Source: Nitrosopumilus sp. (GTDB lineage Archaea; Thermoproteota; Nitrososphaeria; Nitrososphaerales; Nitrosopumilaceae). From it: a DNA stretch of 64,000 bases. The position numbers were made by a program, and so were the translations under genes. The first letter of the stretch is position 1. Each line of letters starts with the position of its first letter. The notes below the pieces were generated by a model. It was not told the origin of the DNA and did no database searches. It saw nothing but the letters and a program-made list of their open reading frames with translations. The stretch lies in assembly GCA_963662625.1 (NCBI GenBank), contig OY759726.1:1152001-1216000 (forward strand), in the 5' to 3' direction. Below are positions 29,177 through 39,940 of this stretch, piece after piece.

Positions 29177-29649
29177 TACCGTTTTCTTTATTTATTTGGT
29201 CCCGTGTTTTTACACCGCATGTGGCCAATCATGACTGCGGCTTGGAAAAGCCGGAGCGCCTCCGCCGTTTGACAGCCTCGTGGCCGGGATAAGGGACGGC
29301 GCCACCGCCACCTGGCAAACACACAGGGGGCAGATGGACGCGTCCCCCAATCCCGAGCACGGGCGGGATCCCCCGTAGCAGGAGAGGCGGCTGCTGCCAG
29401 AAGGAGATTTTGCCGCGGCCGCCAATGATTTCGCGGGCCTGGCGAAGACGGATCCGGCCCTGGGGGCAATGGTGCGCAAGAGGGGGGATGGCCTAGGCCA
29501 AAACGCGCGGCTGTTTGGGGCGTTGGCCAGGATCCGCCCGCCCGGCTTGATCTCGGGGGCTTTTGCGCGCTGCCGCGGGACCGTGGAACGCGCATCGGGG
29601 TCTTGCACGCGTGCGGCACGGGCCGGCAAAACGCGCTGCCGGGATCCGC

Positions 29650-30000
29650 CTACGTCGAGCCGGGACGGCGGTTCCCAATGTCCCTTCCCAGGCCTGAGAG
29701 GGCCCGCTGAAAAATAACGGCGTCCCCTTTAGTTTTCCTTACGTCCGGGGAGAGCCTCTCAAAATTCGCCCTGGCCAGGTCCGACGTCCTGGTTACCCTC
29801 GCGGCAGGCTCCTCGTCCCCCATGCTGTGCGCCACGCGTCATCGAGCAGGTTGTTGGCCTCGAAAATGGCCGCCGCCGCCGCGTGGCTTCCACAATCCCT
29901 TGCCACCAGCTCGTCGATCCCGCCGATCGTCTTCCCCATGGACATGAGCCTCTTGAACTTGACGCATTCCGCGTAGGCCCCCAAGCGCCACGAACGCGGC
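29650..30000 (-). pseudogene. Probable degraded gene fragment
   Basis: Coding-like peptide (AECVKFKRLMSMGKTIGGIDEL...) continues in another frame (AHSMGDEEPAARV...LSPDVRKTKGDAVIFQRAL). Confidence 0.3.
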
Positions 30001-30365
30001 CAACCCGGAGTACGGCGCGGCCGTCTGCACGGCATCTGCCCGGATCCCCTCGCCGCATGCCGCGTGCGCGGCAAGCAGCACGGCCAGGGACGCCGCAAGC
30101 GTGATGCCGGTCGCCGCAAAGCGGCCGGGACTCCCTGCTACGCGATCCTTGGAACGCGCCCACACGCAAGCCGCACGGGCCCGCGCTAGAAACGCGTTTT
30201 GGATCGTGCCCGCGGAGCGGCGCCGCGCCGCGGGACGATCCCGGGCGATCGGCCGGGCCCCCGGTTCCCCCCGCGCGGAGGCCGGGCGCGCTCGATCGCA
30301 GCCGGCCGCCCGGCAGCGCCGCGCCATTAGATTGATTTAATTATTGAGATTTTTTTTGCCAAGTC

Positions 30366-31280
30366 ATGCTTACAATCATCGGCTCCGGAAAGGTGGGGGG
30401 AGACGCGGCGCTGTTCTCCGCCCTGAAGAGGCTGGACGACCAAATACTGCTGCTTGACGTCGTGGAGGGGCTGCCACAGGGGGAGGCGATGGACATAAAC
30501 CACATGCTGTCAGAGCAGGGGATCGACGTGGAGATCAGGGGCTCAAACGACTATGCCGACATGCGGGGATCAGACGCCGTCGTGGTGGTCGCCGGCTCGG
30601 GAAGGAAGCCGGGGATGACCAGGATGGACCTGCTGAAGATCAACGCCTCCATCGTGAAGAGCGTGGTGGAAAACGTCAAGAGGCACGCGGGCGACTCCAT
30701 GCTGATCCCGGTGACAAACCCGCTGGATCCGATGGCATACCTGTCATACAGGGTGTCGGGATTCGAAAGGAACCGCGTCTTCGGAATGGGCGGGATGCTG
30801 GATCTGTCCAGGTTCAGGCAATTCATCCACGAGGCGACGGGGCATTCGCGGGATTCCATAAGGGCCCTGGTGATCGGGGAGCACGGGGAGAACATGCTCC
30901 CGCTGCCCCGGTTCTCGTCCGTCTCCGGAATCCCACTGGCGTCGCTCCTTTCGGGCGAGAAGATGGACGAGCTGGTGCGGAGCACCAGGCAGGTCGCGGC
31001 CAAGGTCATCGAGCTGAAGGGCGCCACGGTCCACGCGCCGGGGAACGCGATCTCGGCAATCGTGGAGGCGGTAGTCAGGAACAGGAGGCAGGTGATCCCG
31101 GTATCCACCCCGCTGGACGGGGAGTACGGGCACTCGGACGTCGCAATCGGGGTCCCGGCCGTAATCGGGTGCAACGGAGTCGAGAAGATCGTGGAGCTTG
31201 ACCTCGACGCGGACGAGAGGCGGGTGTTCGACGACGGGGTCCGGAGCGTCAAGGAAGCGGCATCCGGGGCAGGAATCTAA
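30366..31280 (+). CDS. mdh: Malate dehydrogenase (LDH-like)
   Basis: [25 protein letters not shown] and GEHG. Confidence 0.95.
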   Translation: MLTIIGSGKVGGDAALFSALKRLDDQILLLDVVEGLPQGEAMDINHMLSEQGIDVEIRGSNDYADMRGSDAVVVVAGSGRKPGMTRMDLLKINASIVKSVVENVKRHAGDSMLIPVTNPLDPMAYLSYRVSGFERNRVFGMGGMLDLSRFRQFIHEATGHSRDSIRALVIGEHGENMLPLPRFSSVSGIPLASLLSGEKMDELVRSTRQVAAKVIELKGATVHAPGNAISAIVEAVVRNRRQVIPVSTPLDGEYGHSDVAIGVPAVIGCNGVEKIVELDLDADERRVFDDGVRSVKEAASGAGI

Positions 31281-31307
31281 GCATTTTTTTATTCGGGCGG
31301 CCACCGG

Positions 31308-32090
31308 ATGCTGTTGGAGACGCGCGAGATCCTGGGGGCCCTGGAGGCGGGAAAGATTTCGGTCGGCCAGGCGCAGCGGCTTCTGTCGCTTTACTCGATT
31401 GAAAAGATAGAGGGGTTTGCCAAGATAGACGTCGACAGGGGAAGGAGGAGGGGGATGCCGGAGGTGGTCTTCGCCGAAAACAAGGAGCTTGCCGAGACGA
31501 AAAAGATCATCAGGCGGGTGCTTGAAAAGTCAAACTCGCTGGTGGTCTCGCGCCTCACGAAGGCCGACTACCCCAAGGTCGTCTCGTACGCCAGGGGGCT
31601 GAAGATCAAGGTCAGGACCGGGCGCAAGTCGTCGTCCGTCCTCCTGTACAGGAAGCCGATAAGGCCAGGGGGCGGCAAGGTCGGCATCCTGGCCGCGGGA
31701 ACGTCCGACATCGGGGTGGCAGAGGAGTCCAGGCTGGTCTGCGAGGCGATGCGCTGCCGGTGCATCACCGGCTTCGACGTGGGGGTCGCCGGGATCCAGC
31801 GGATCTTCCCGGCCCTGAGGGAGATGGTGGCCGGGGACGTCGACTGCATCGTCGTGGTGGCCGGCATGGAAGGGGCGCTGGCAACGTTGGTCGCCTCGAT
31901 GGTGGACATCCCGGTGATCGGCGTGCCCACGTCCGTGGGGTACGGGTACGGCGAGAAGGGGATCGCGTCGCTGGCGTCGATGCTGCAGAGCTGCACGCTC
32001 GGCATGTCCGTGGTCAACATCGACAACGGGATAGCGGCGGGCGCGATGGCTGCAAACATCGCCAACAGGGCCTCGAGGAGGGCCGGATAG
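31308..32090 (+). CDS. larB: LarB-like (AIR-carboxylase-related) nickel-pincer cofactor biosynthesis protein
   Basis: AGTSD, DVGVAG, AGMEGAL, PTSVGYG and VNIDNG. Confidence 0.85.
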   Translation: MLLETREILGALEAGKISVGQAQRLLSLYSIEKIEGFAKIDVDRGRRRGMPEVVFAENKELAETKKIIRRVLEKSNSLVVSRLTKADYPKVVSYARGLKIKVRTGRKSSSVLLYRKPIRPGGGKVGILAAGTSDIGVAEESRLVCEAMRCRCITGFDVGVAGIQRIFPALREMVAGDVDCIVVVAGMEGALATLVASMVDIPVIGVPTSVGYGYGEKGIASLASMLQSCTLGMSVVNIDNGIAAGAMAANIANRASRRAG

Positions 32091-32152
32091 CTGCGGCGAC
32101 CCCCAACTTTTCTCGTAAATGATATATATCATACCAGAACGAAGTTTTATGA

Positions 32153-33730
32153 TTGGCTGGAAAACGAATCGTGCTCACGGCGGACCGCAGTCTGATGACG
32201 AACTACAGGGGCAACTTCCTCTACGGGTTCATCGCGTGCGGGCCGTACGAGGTCCTCCCGGAATGGGTGTTCGACAAGGTGTTCTGCCCGGCCGTGGAGA
32301 CCGATCCCGCCACCGGGGAGTCCAAGGTAGCCCAGGTGGGGCTGCGAAGGGTGGAGAGCGCCCTGCTCCAGGGATACGACCGCCAGGACGTCTTCATCGC
32401 CAACCCTGAGATGCTCGAAAAGTCGATAGGGGCCGACACCAAGGTCGTGGGGATAAACGTGATGGATCCGCTCGGGATGGCACCCGTCACCACCACGATG
32501 TCGCCAGAAAAGCTGTCGTACGTCGCGATGAAGTTCAAGAAGATGTGCGCGAGCATAATCCAGCTGAAGAAGAAGTACGACTTCCACGTGGTGGTCGGGG
32601 GGAACGGCGCGTGGGAGCTGGCCAAGTCGGACAGGATGAGGATCCACGGGATCGACACGGTGGTGGTCGGCGAGGCAGACGAGCTGGCCCTGGACCTGTT
32701 CAACGACCTGGAGAAGGGCGACGCGCCAGAACTGATGCACTGCTTCGTGAAGAACATCCAGAACATCCCTGTCATAGAGGGCCCCACGATCAACTCCCTG
32801 ATCGAGGCCATGCGGGGATGCGGGAGGGGGTGCGACTTTTGCGACGTGAACAAGAGGTCGAAGAAGGACCTGCCGCTCGACAGGCTGAAGAAGGAGGCGA
32901 GGATAAACCTGGACTACGGGTTCGACTCCATCTGGCTCCACTCCGACGAGATGCTGCTGTACGGGTGCGACAACAGGGACTTTGTCCCCAACAGGGAGGC
33001 GATAACGGACCTGTGGAAGGGCCTCAAGGGCATGGGGGCGAACTTTGTCGGCACCACGCACATGACGTTTTCCGCAGTGGCGGCGGATCCGCAGCTGATG
33101 CAGCAGATCTCGAGGATCAACAGGCAGGACGAGACGGGGAGGTGGCTTGCCACCAACCTCGGGATCGAGACGGTCGCCCCGGACATGGTGAAAAAACATC
33201 TGGGGGTCAAGACGCGGCCGTTCGCTCCCGAGGAGTGGGGCAGCGTGGTGAGGGAGGGCGCGAAGATCCTCAACGAGAACCACTGGTTCCCCGCCGCGAC
33301 GATCATCATCGGGTGGCCGGACGAGACCCCCGACGACATCCAGCACACCATCGACATGATGGGGGACTTCAGGGAGATGGACTTTAGGGGGCTGGTGGCA
33401 CCGCTGCTCTACCAGGACTTCAGCGAGAAGAACTCCATGCACTTTGGGAACCTCAACGAGGCCCAGTTCACGCTGTTCTGGAGGTGCTGGGAGAACAACC
33501 TGAGGGTGATCAACGACATCATCCCAATCATCCTCCGCAACAAGACCTACGGGCCGCCGATGAAGGTCTTCATGTACGGGATCCTCAAGGCGGGGACGTG
33601 GGCGATAATGAGGTACCTGCGGGGCCTGTGCAAGGACCTCTTCAACGGCAGGACGCCAGACGAGATAATAGACAAGTACGCCAGGAGCAGGTCGGTGTCT
33701 GCGCCCAAAATCCAGACCAAGAAGCTCTGA
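32153..33730 (+). CDS. B12-binding radical SAM protein, GDGT ring synthase (Grs)-like
   Basis: RGCGRGCDFC motif; N-terminal IVLTADRSLMTNY...GF and GLRRVES resemble Sulfolobus GrsA/GrsB as recalled. Confidence 0.7.
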   Translation: MAGKRIVLTADRSLMTNYRGNFLYGFIACGPYEVLPEWVFDKVFCPAVETDPATGESKVAQVGLRRVESALLQGYDRQDVFIANPEMLEKSIGADTKVVGINVMDPLGMAPVTTTMSPEKLSYVAMKFKKMCASIIQLKKKYDFHVVVGGNGAWELAKSDRMRIHGIDTVVVGEADELALDLFNDLEKGDAPELMHCFVKNIQNIPVIEGPTINSLIEAMRGCGRGCDFCDVNKRSKKDLPLDRLKKEARINLDYGFDSIWLHSDEMLLYGCDNRDFVPNREAITDLWKGLKGMGANFVGTTHMTFSAVAADPQLMQQISRINRQDETGRWLATNLGIETVAPDMVKKHLGVKTRPFAPEEWGSVVREGAKILNENHWFPAATIIIGWPDETPDDIQHTIDMMGDFREMDFRGLVAPLLYQDFSEKNSMHFGNLNEAQFTLFWRCWENNLRVINDIIPIILRNKTYGPPMKVFMYGILKAGTWAIMRYLRGLCKDLFNGRTPDEIIDKYARSRSVSAPKIQTKKL

Positions 33731-33772
33731 TCCCCGGCGCCGTCCCGAACGCGGGGCTTGGGGCCCGGCCCC

Positions 33773-34096
33773 TCACATCTTTTCGATGGCCACGTCAGCT
33801 ATCGTGTTGCGCTTGGGGGTGAGGCAGACGAAGTAGTTCTTGTCGGCCCTCTCTATCCCGCCTACCTTTTTGAAGGATCCCGACGACACGTCGAACTCGT
33901 ATATCCCCTGCTCCAGGGATCCCTTCGCGTAGATCATTAGGTAGGAGTTCCCCGACGTCGGGCTCAGGGGGATGAATGACATCACGTAGCCCTTGTACGA
34001 GTTTACCGGCATGGTGTTCTTCATGGGCGGGGCGGCCGACGCCATGTACAGGAAGATGTCCTCTATCTTGTCAAACTCCTCGTACTCTATCTGCAT
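33773..34096 (-). CDS. Conserved hypothetical protein
   Basis: Strong coding bias; AT-rich promoter-like tract upstream. Confidence 0.75.
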   Translation of the reverse strand: MQIEYEEFDKIEDIFLYMASAAPPMKNTMPVNSYKGYVMSFIPLSPTSGNSYLMIYAKGSLEQGIYEFDVSSGSFKKVGGIERADKNYFVCLTPKRNTIADVAIEKM

Positions 34097-34127
34097 GGAG
34101 AATGGTGGCCGGCTTCAGTATAATAAC

Positions 34128-35261
34128 CTAGAGCCTTGCGGCCGACTGCCTGGACTTGAGGTGCCTGTGCACCTTGAAGCCTACGAGCGCCGGCGCGGCG
34201 ACGTACATCCCTAGGTTCAGCGCGATCACGGAGGCGCCCAGCCCCAGCACCTCGGCCTCGGAACCGGGGTCCGCCAGGGTCATTATTGACAGGGTCGCCA
34301 TCATCGGCGTGATGAACGCGCGCACCGCCTCCCTGAATGCCTGGTTCTCCCGTTCCAGGTCGGCTACCGCCGGAGAGAACGAATAGTACCACTGGTTGAA
34401 GCCGTCCATGAACGCGGCGCCAGACGACGTGCTCATGACCACGTTGTCGCGCACCTCCCTGAGGGACTGCACCTGGTGGGCCATCTCGGAGCCGTATGCC
34501 GCAGTCGCGATCAGGCAACCGCCGCCATTCCCGTCGCCAGTCTGGACCGGCACGCACTGCCCATCTACCGCCATCGTGCCTTCGCCGCAGACCACGGAAG
34601 CGGGCTTGTCTATGCACTGCCCATCCACCAGGTCCTGGTCCGGGCCGCAGGTGACCGGCTGGGGCATCCTGTCTATGCACTGCCCATCCACCAGGTCCTG
34701 GTCCGGGCCGCAGGTGACCGGCTGGGGCATCCTGTCTATGCACTGCCCATCCACCAGGTCCTGGTCCGGGCCGCAGGTGACCGGCTGGGGCATCCTGTCT
34801 ATGCACTGCCCATCCACCAGGTCCTGGTCCGGGCCGCAGGTGACAGGCTGGGGCGCCGGCGCGGCCTCGCCCCCGGCGTACACCACGACCGTCTTGCCGC
34901 CCTGGGCGCCGAAGCGCACCTCGATGGAGTAGTCGCCGGCGGCCTTCCACATGGGGATCGCGGCCACGAACGAGGCGGAGAACGTGCCGTCTGACCCGGG
35001 CGTGACCTGCCCGATGTCCACCAGCGCGCCGTTGGGGGCCTTTATCATGATGAGGACGTCCTGGCCCGCGTCATCGGCGGGGTCGTAGTCACGTATGCTC
35101 CCGCTGACGTTTACCCGGTCGCCGTTCCCGTACGACGGGAGCTCGGTTGATACCGAGATCGGCGGTATGTTATGGGAGTCCGCAAGCGCGCTGTCGCTTG
35201 CGCCATAAGACAAAAGCGAAACGGTCAACAACATTACAGCTAAGGGCCCCCTGATCCTCAT
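34128..35261 (-). CDS. Surface protein with Ig-like domain, Cys-containing repeats and CFI-box-CTERM sorting domain
   Basis: Signal peptide; GGGCLIATAAYGSEMA...LREVRDN...FNQWYYSFSP plus C-terminal TM helix. Confidence 0.88.
   Translation of the reverse strand: MRIRGPLAVMLLTVSLLSYGASDSALADSHNIPPISVSTELPSYGNGDRVNVSGSIRDYDPADDAGQDVLIMIKAPNGALVDIGQVTPGSDGTFSASFVAAIPMWKAAGDYSIEVRFGAQGGKTVVVYAGGEAAPAPQPVTCGPDQDLVDGQCIDRMPQPVTCGPDQDLVDGQCIDRMPQPVTCGPDQDLVDGQCIDRMPQPVTCGPDQDLVDGQCIDKPASVVCGEGTMAVDGQCVPVQTGDGNGGGCLIATAAYGSEMAHQVQSLREVRDNVVMSTSSGAAFMDGFNQWYYSFSPAVADLERENQAFREAVRAFITPMMATLSIMTLADPGSEAEVLGLGASVIALNLGMYVAAPALVGFKVHRHLKSRQSAARL
34607..34853 (-). repeat. 63-bp tandem repeat, ~4 copies (PQPVTCGPDQDLVDGQCIDRM)
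   Basis: Near-perfect copies with period 63. Confidence 0.93.
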
Positions 35262-35322
35262 TATTGCTCTTGAGTCGTGCTTGTGGGTATTTATGTATTC
35301 AATGAAAGAAAAATTGACCATG

Positions 35323-38300
35323 TTATACCCGAATTATGCCCTTTTTTACCAGGAACTGCACCATGCCGAGGAACTCGCCGTCGCTTATCACGCCCTTGGA
35401 CCACCACCCAGCGGCGTCCTTTGTCCAGGCGGGGACGTGCTCTGCCGTGCCGCGGCCCGCGGCCGGCGCGACTATGACCCCCTTGTCGACCAGGTGCCTG
35501 ACGCCCCCGGCGAACCCGGAGTCGGGCGCAGACGGGGAGGACCAGGCGCCGGCGGCGTCCTTCACCCAGTCGGGGATCCCGTAATCGTAGACCACGAAGG
35601 ATGCCGATCCCTCGTCCCTGTCTGCGTGGGACAGCTGGATCCTGTAGGTCCCGGGCGGCGTGTCACCCGAGATCGCAAAGGCCGCCCTGAACTTCCCCTT
35701 TGGGGAGAGGCCAGCCGCCCACGTCTCCTCGGCGCCGTCGGGATTGGTCAGGGTGACGGTCAGGGGGGCGCCCCTCTCGGGGCTTGCCACGCTACCCGAC
35801 ATGACGACCTCCGAGACGCCCCCGCCAAGCGGGACGGCCACCTCGTATGCGCTCAGCTGCGGCGAGGGCGGGATCCCCCTGGACAGCGAAAACACGCTCT
35901 GGTTGCCCGAGCCGTCGCGGTAGTCGTGGTACCTGGCGTCGATGCTGCCGCCCGCCGTGGAGACCAGCCTAGTGCCGGACCCGTTGCATATCTTCCCGGG
36001 CATCTTGAAGACTCCCGTGAAGACCCCGGAATCGGCCGACGTCTCGACCAGGGAGAACCCGGTCGCCGCCAGCCCGCCGTGCTCCACGCCGTCCACGGTG
36101 CAGCGCTTGTACCTCGTGTCCTTGATCAGGACCTCGAGCAGCACGCCCGCGCCGCCGCCGACGGTGTCCACGTACGGCGAGCGGGGATCGTCCACCACGC
36201 CGTAGGCGTCCACGACGTCGTGGCTCAGGTTCAGGTCGGGGTCGTGCAGCGTGAGGGTGACGGGCTGGCCGAAGCGGTACGTGTCGGAGTCCAGGAGGAT
36301 CCTGCCGGAGCTGGTGCCGGCGTCGGCCCTTGCCGACACGCCGGTCACCACGCCCACGTCGTCCAGGTCGGAATACGACACGGCAATCCCGCCGCTGCCC
36401 GCCAGCCTGTCTGCAACGACGAACTTCACGCCGTCGCCGATCGTCCTGACGTGCCGCGCGAACTCCGGGCCGGCGGCGTCCTGCCCGCCTGCCACGGAGT
36501 ACTCGATCGTGCCCGCAAACGTCGACGTGTCCGGGCCCGTCTCCTCCAGCTCGAAGCGGTATACCGCGTTGTTGACGGCGCCGCCGGCGGCCTCCCCGAA
36601 CGAGAAGAAGTCCATGATGATCGGGTGCACTGACCCGGAGCCCGGGACGTGCCCGGCGCCGGGGCCCCCAAAGTCCACCACGACGGAGGCCGCGCCGGCC
36701 GCGCCCCGGACGTCCGGCACGTCCAGCCGGACGAGCCCCTGCGGGGACGCGATCCCGCCGGGCGCCACGAGCGGGACCGGATCCGTGCCGGGCCCGCCGA
36801 AGAACAGGTCGATCGAGGCGCCAGAAAAGTCGGAGACCCCCAGGCCCGACTCGAGGGACCTAAAGTCGTAGTTGAGCCAGTTGGTGCCGCCGGGGCCGGC
36901 CAGGGCCGAGCCGAGCTCGGCGGCCGAGAACCCCAGGTCCAGCGAGATCCCCCTGAACGGGCCGGCGGGCAGCCCGGAGGTGTCTATGAACAGCCTGGCC
37001 GACGCCGCGTCCGGGACGGACGAGCCTGCCGGCATGCCCGCGCCGGGCGAGTCCCTGAAGAACTCGACGCCGGACGCGCCTGCCAGCGTTGGCGGGTCCC
37101 CTATCATGAGGGTCGGGATGGCAGCCGAGGCGCTAGAAGCATCCAGGGAGTCCCTTGCGCCGGAATTCAGGTTCTGATCCGCGTCGACCAGGACTACCGG
37201 GAACTCCTTCCCGGGAACCAGCGGCCTCGAGTCGTTCACGACCAGCGAGGATCCCCCGACGGCGATGCCCGCAGCCGAGGGGCCCGTCAGGACGGATACC
37301 GAGTCCCTGTCGTACGTGATGGAGCCGGCATGGCCCCTCGGGGCGCCGCCGAGGATCGATATCGTGGACATGCCGCCGTGGTCGGCGGTGTCAAACACGC
37401 CCGAGTTGGGGCCGCTCTCCACCAAGGTGACCAGCTGCGAGAACCCCGGGGCGCCGCCCAGGGACGCCCGCGGCTGCTCCGAGTTGGTCCCCAGGGAGAG
37501 CACCCTTCCGGCGCTGACGGCCAGCCTCCCGTTGTCCTCGAAGCCCAGCCCGGGGAGGCGCGTGGAGATGTCAGCCGGTTCGGCGCCGCCGCCCCGGCCC
37601 GTGCCGCCGAATGCCTGGTAGAAGACAGCCCCGGGCGTGCCGACGCCAAACGTCCACGAGTCCTCGTCTGTCGGGTCCTGGTTCAGCTGGGCGTCGCTGA
37701 CCGTCAGGAATACCTGGGCGCCCTGCGGGTAGCGCTCCCGGTCCACTCCCAGGGACGTGCCGGGGATCTCGCCGTACTCCAGCCTGACCTGCTGCGTGCC
37801 TGAGGCATGGTCGTACCTCACGGTGACGTCCCCGAAGGAGAACAACTGGATCAGGGGCCACGCGCCGGGATCCAGGCCGATCTGCCCCGGCGGGACGCCG
37901 GCGTCGGCGTTGAGGGGCCTGGCATTCCGCACCACGTTGTTGAGTCCCCCCAGGCCGTCCGGCTCCCCCGAGCACTCCGAGAGCCCGCCTGCCCCGTCTG
38001 CGAACCCGGACAGCCCGGACGGGGACGGGACGGCAAACCCGTCGGTGTCGGGGAATCCTATCCCGAACACGGCCGGGGGGGTGTCCCTGCCGCAGAAGAC
38101 TCCAAAGTCCAGCCCGCTCCCGGGGGATCCCGCGGCGGAGTCCGCCGCCCTGGCCATGTCCGCGTTTGCAAAGTACGCGTACCAGCTCCCGTCCCCTGCC
38201 TGGGCCATCCTAAGGGTCCGGCCGTTCAGGGTGACGTCGGGCTCGCCCCTGCCCTCGCCGGTGTCCCCGATGGCCGGATCCAGCACAGCCACCTCCACCA

Positions 38301-38427
38301 CCATCGACCCCGCAAAGTGGTTTCCGAACCGGGGGTTTTCGGCGGACACGTACAGGCTGGGGCCGGCCGCGTGGGCGGAGGGCAGCAGGATCGCTGCCGC
38401 GGCGGCGAGGATGGCGAGGGTCGACAC
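35323..38427 (-). CDS. Large secreted/S-layer-associated protein
   Basis: Signal peptide, repeated LxETGxxSGxFxG and DPDLN motifs, C-terminal IPDWVKDAAGAW/VPAWTKDAAGWW repeats typical of thaumarchaeal surface proteins. Confidence 0.85.
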   Translation of the reverse strand: MSTLAILAAAAAILLPSAHAAGPSLYVSAENPRFGNHFAGSMVVEVAVLDPAIGDTGEGRGEPDVTLNGRTLRMAQAGDGSWYAYFANADMARAADSAAGSPGSGLDFGVFCGRDTPPAVFGIGFPDTDGFAVPSPSGLSGFADGAGGLSECSGEPDGLGGLNNVVRNARPLNADAGVPPGQIGLDPGAWPLIQLFSFGDVTVRYDHASGTQQVRLEYGEIPGTSLGVDRERYPQGAQVFLTVSDAQLNQDPTDEDSWTFGVGTPGAVFYQAFGGTGRGGGAEPADISTRLPGLGFEDNGRLAVSAGRVLSLGTNSEQPRASLGGAPGFSQLVTLVESGPNSGVFDTADHGGMSTISILGGAPRGHAGSITYDRDSVSVLTGPSAAGIAVGGSSLVVNDSRPLVPGKEFPVVLVDADQNLNSGARDSLDASSASAAIPTLMIGDPPTLAGASGVEFFRDSPGAGMPAGSSVPDAASARLFIDTSGLPAGPFRGISLDLGFSAAELGSALAGPGGTNWLNYDFRSLESGLGVSDFSGASIDLFFGGPGTDPVPLVAPGGIASPQGLVRLDVPDVRGAAGAASVVVDFGGPGAGHVPGSGSVHPIIMDFFSFGEAAGGAVNNAVYRFELEETGPDTSTFAGTIEYSVAGGQDAAGPEFARHVRTIGDGVKFVVADRLAGSGGIAVSYSDLDDVGVVTGVSARADAGTSSGRILLDSDTYRFGQPVTLTLHDPDLNLSHDVVDAYGVVDDPRSPYVDTVGGGAGVLLEVLIKDTRYKRCTVDGVEHGGLAATGFSLVETSADSGVFTGVFKMPGKICNGSGTRLVSTAGGSIDARYHDYRDGSGNQSVFSLSRGIPPSPQLSAYEVAVPLGGGVSEVVMSGSVASPERGAPLTVTLTNPDGAEETWAAGLSPKGKFRAAFAISGDTPPGTYRIQLSHADRDEGSASFVVYDYGIPDWVKDAAGAWSSPSAPDSGFAGGVRHLVDKGVIVAPAAGRGTAEHVPAWTKDAAGWWSKGVISDGEFLGMVQFLVKKGIIRV

Positions 38428-38763
38428 CGTTTTACCGAGATGCAACAGGTACGATGGCGGCCCGCCACAAATAACCTTGTCGCACGATTCCCACCTTAAT
38501 AGGCGGGGGGCGCAACGTGGCGCGGGAGATGCGTTTTCGCGGCTGATCGGGGTGCCGCAGGCGTCGCTGGCCGCCACGTTCTCGGAGTTCCCGGCAGGGC
38601 TGGCGTTCGGACTACGGCGCGGGGACCGTGGGGGTCAGGGTGCCGGACGTGGGCATTTTCAGGATGGGGTTCGCTCACCGGATCCCCGAGGATGTGGAGC
38701 GGGGGATGCGGGACGGCGTGGGGGATCGAGCAGGCCACCGCGCACCCGGAGCCGTCGCGGGGG

Positions 38764-39939
38764 TCAGACCGCGATGCTGGTGACGTACATCACCAGCATC
38801 CCGACGGCGACGCCGGCCGCTACGGGCGCGCTTGAGAGGTTCCGGTCGCCCTCCGCCCTGATCATCCTCATGATCACCAGTATGACCTGGAATATCGCGC
38901 CGGCGCCTACCGAGAGGAACACGACGGACGCGAGCGGCGAGAACGCGAACCCGCCGGTCCACGCGCCGAGGATCGCGGGCCCCCCGGCGATCATCCCCAG
39001 GGCGGCCAGCCGGCCCAGTACGGCCTTCTCCCTGGACAGCGGCGCCGCGATGGCGATCCCCTCCGTGGTGTTGTGTATCGCAAATCCCACTATCAGGAAC
39101 GAGCTGAACGCCATGGAGCCCATCCCCACGGCGGCGCCGATGGCCAGCCCCTCGCCGAAGTTGTGCAGGCCGATCCCGACTGCGATCATCAGGGCCACCG
39201 CAAACGGCCCGCCGAGCCGGGGGTCTGCGGCCCGGGCCAGCCGGTCGCCGGAGTAGTACAGTCCCAGGAATGCCAGGACGATCACGGTGGCCACCAGCAG
39301 GACGCCGTTGAAGCTGCCCGCCAGGTTCTCGCCGGACACGGCCAGTGCCTCCTCGACGGAGTCGATCCCTAGGAACAGCAGCAGCCCGGCGGTCAGGGCC
39401 AGGAAGAAGTGGTACTTTGCCCTGCTGATCCTCCTGATGAACGGGAGCCACAGGAGGCCTATGGCCACGGGGATTACCCCGACGTATGTGCCGATTATTG
39501 CGAAGAATCCGAACAGCTCGGGGCTGGGTTCCAGCGCGGGGGCCGCGGCCTTCACCTCCCTCTCGAACCGCGTCCCGTCCTGTATGGTGAGCCCGATCAC
39601 GTACGGCTCGGCCTCGTTCCACTCGAAGGGGATCCTCACGGTGCCGGCCTCGTACCTGCCGAGGAACCTGTCGGGCTCCACGGCGGCAGGCTGTATCCTG
39701 TCGTTCACGTCGGCCATGACGACCTCCACGGGGACTGGGCCCGTGTTCCTCACGGTGACGACGATCTCCGATCCCGCAAAGTCGATCTTTTCCAGGGATA
39801 TCTCCGGCAGCGGCACCCCGAGGTCCAGCAGCTCCGAGCCCGGCCCGAAGACGTACGCGACCAGCGCCACCAGGAGCAGGAAGGGGGCGACCCCGCTTGC
39901 CACCGTCCTGCCCCTGGACGACCTTCTGCCAAGCTCCAT
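38764..39939 (-). CDS. ZIP-family divalent metal transporter with N-terminal extracellular domain
   Basis: GLHNFGEGLAIG and IHNTTEG motifs. Confidence 0.9.
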   Translation of the reverse strand: MELGRRSSRGRTVASGVAPFLLLVALVAYVFGPGSELLDLGVPLPEISLEKIDFAGSEIVVTVRNTGPVPVEVVMADVNDRIQPAAVEPDRFLGRYEAGTVRIPFEWNEAEPYVIGLTIQDGTRFEREVKAAAPALEPSPELFGFFAIIGTYVGVIPVAIGLLWLPFIRRISRAKYHFFLALTAGLLLFLGIDSVEEALAVSGENLAGSFNGVLLVATVIVLAFLGLYYSGDRLARAADPRLGGPFAVALMIAVGIGLHNFGEGLAIGAAVGMGSMAFSSFLIVGFAIHNTTEGIAIAAPLSREKAVLGRLAALGMIAGGPAILGAWTGGFAFSPLASVVFLSVGAGAIFQVILVIMRMIRAEGDRNLSSAPVAAGVAVGMLVMYVTSIAV

Positions 39940-39940
39940 C

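Noticed and set aside
34607-34853. 63-bp periodic repeat as a possible CRISPR (repeat plus spacer length)
   Set aside because: The whole 63-bp unit is repeated with no unique spacer, and it encodes an in-frame protein repeat.
38441-38450. TGCAACAG matches to the IS5 TIR (also at ~42144)
   Set aside because: Only 8-9 nt, with no partner inverted repeat or target duplication; consistent with chance.
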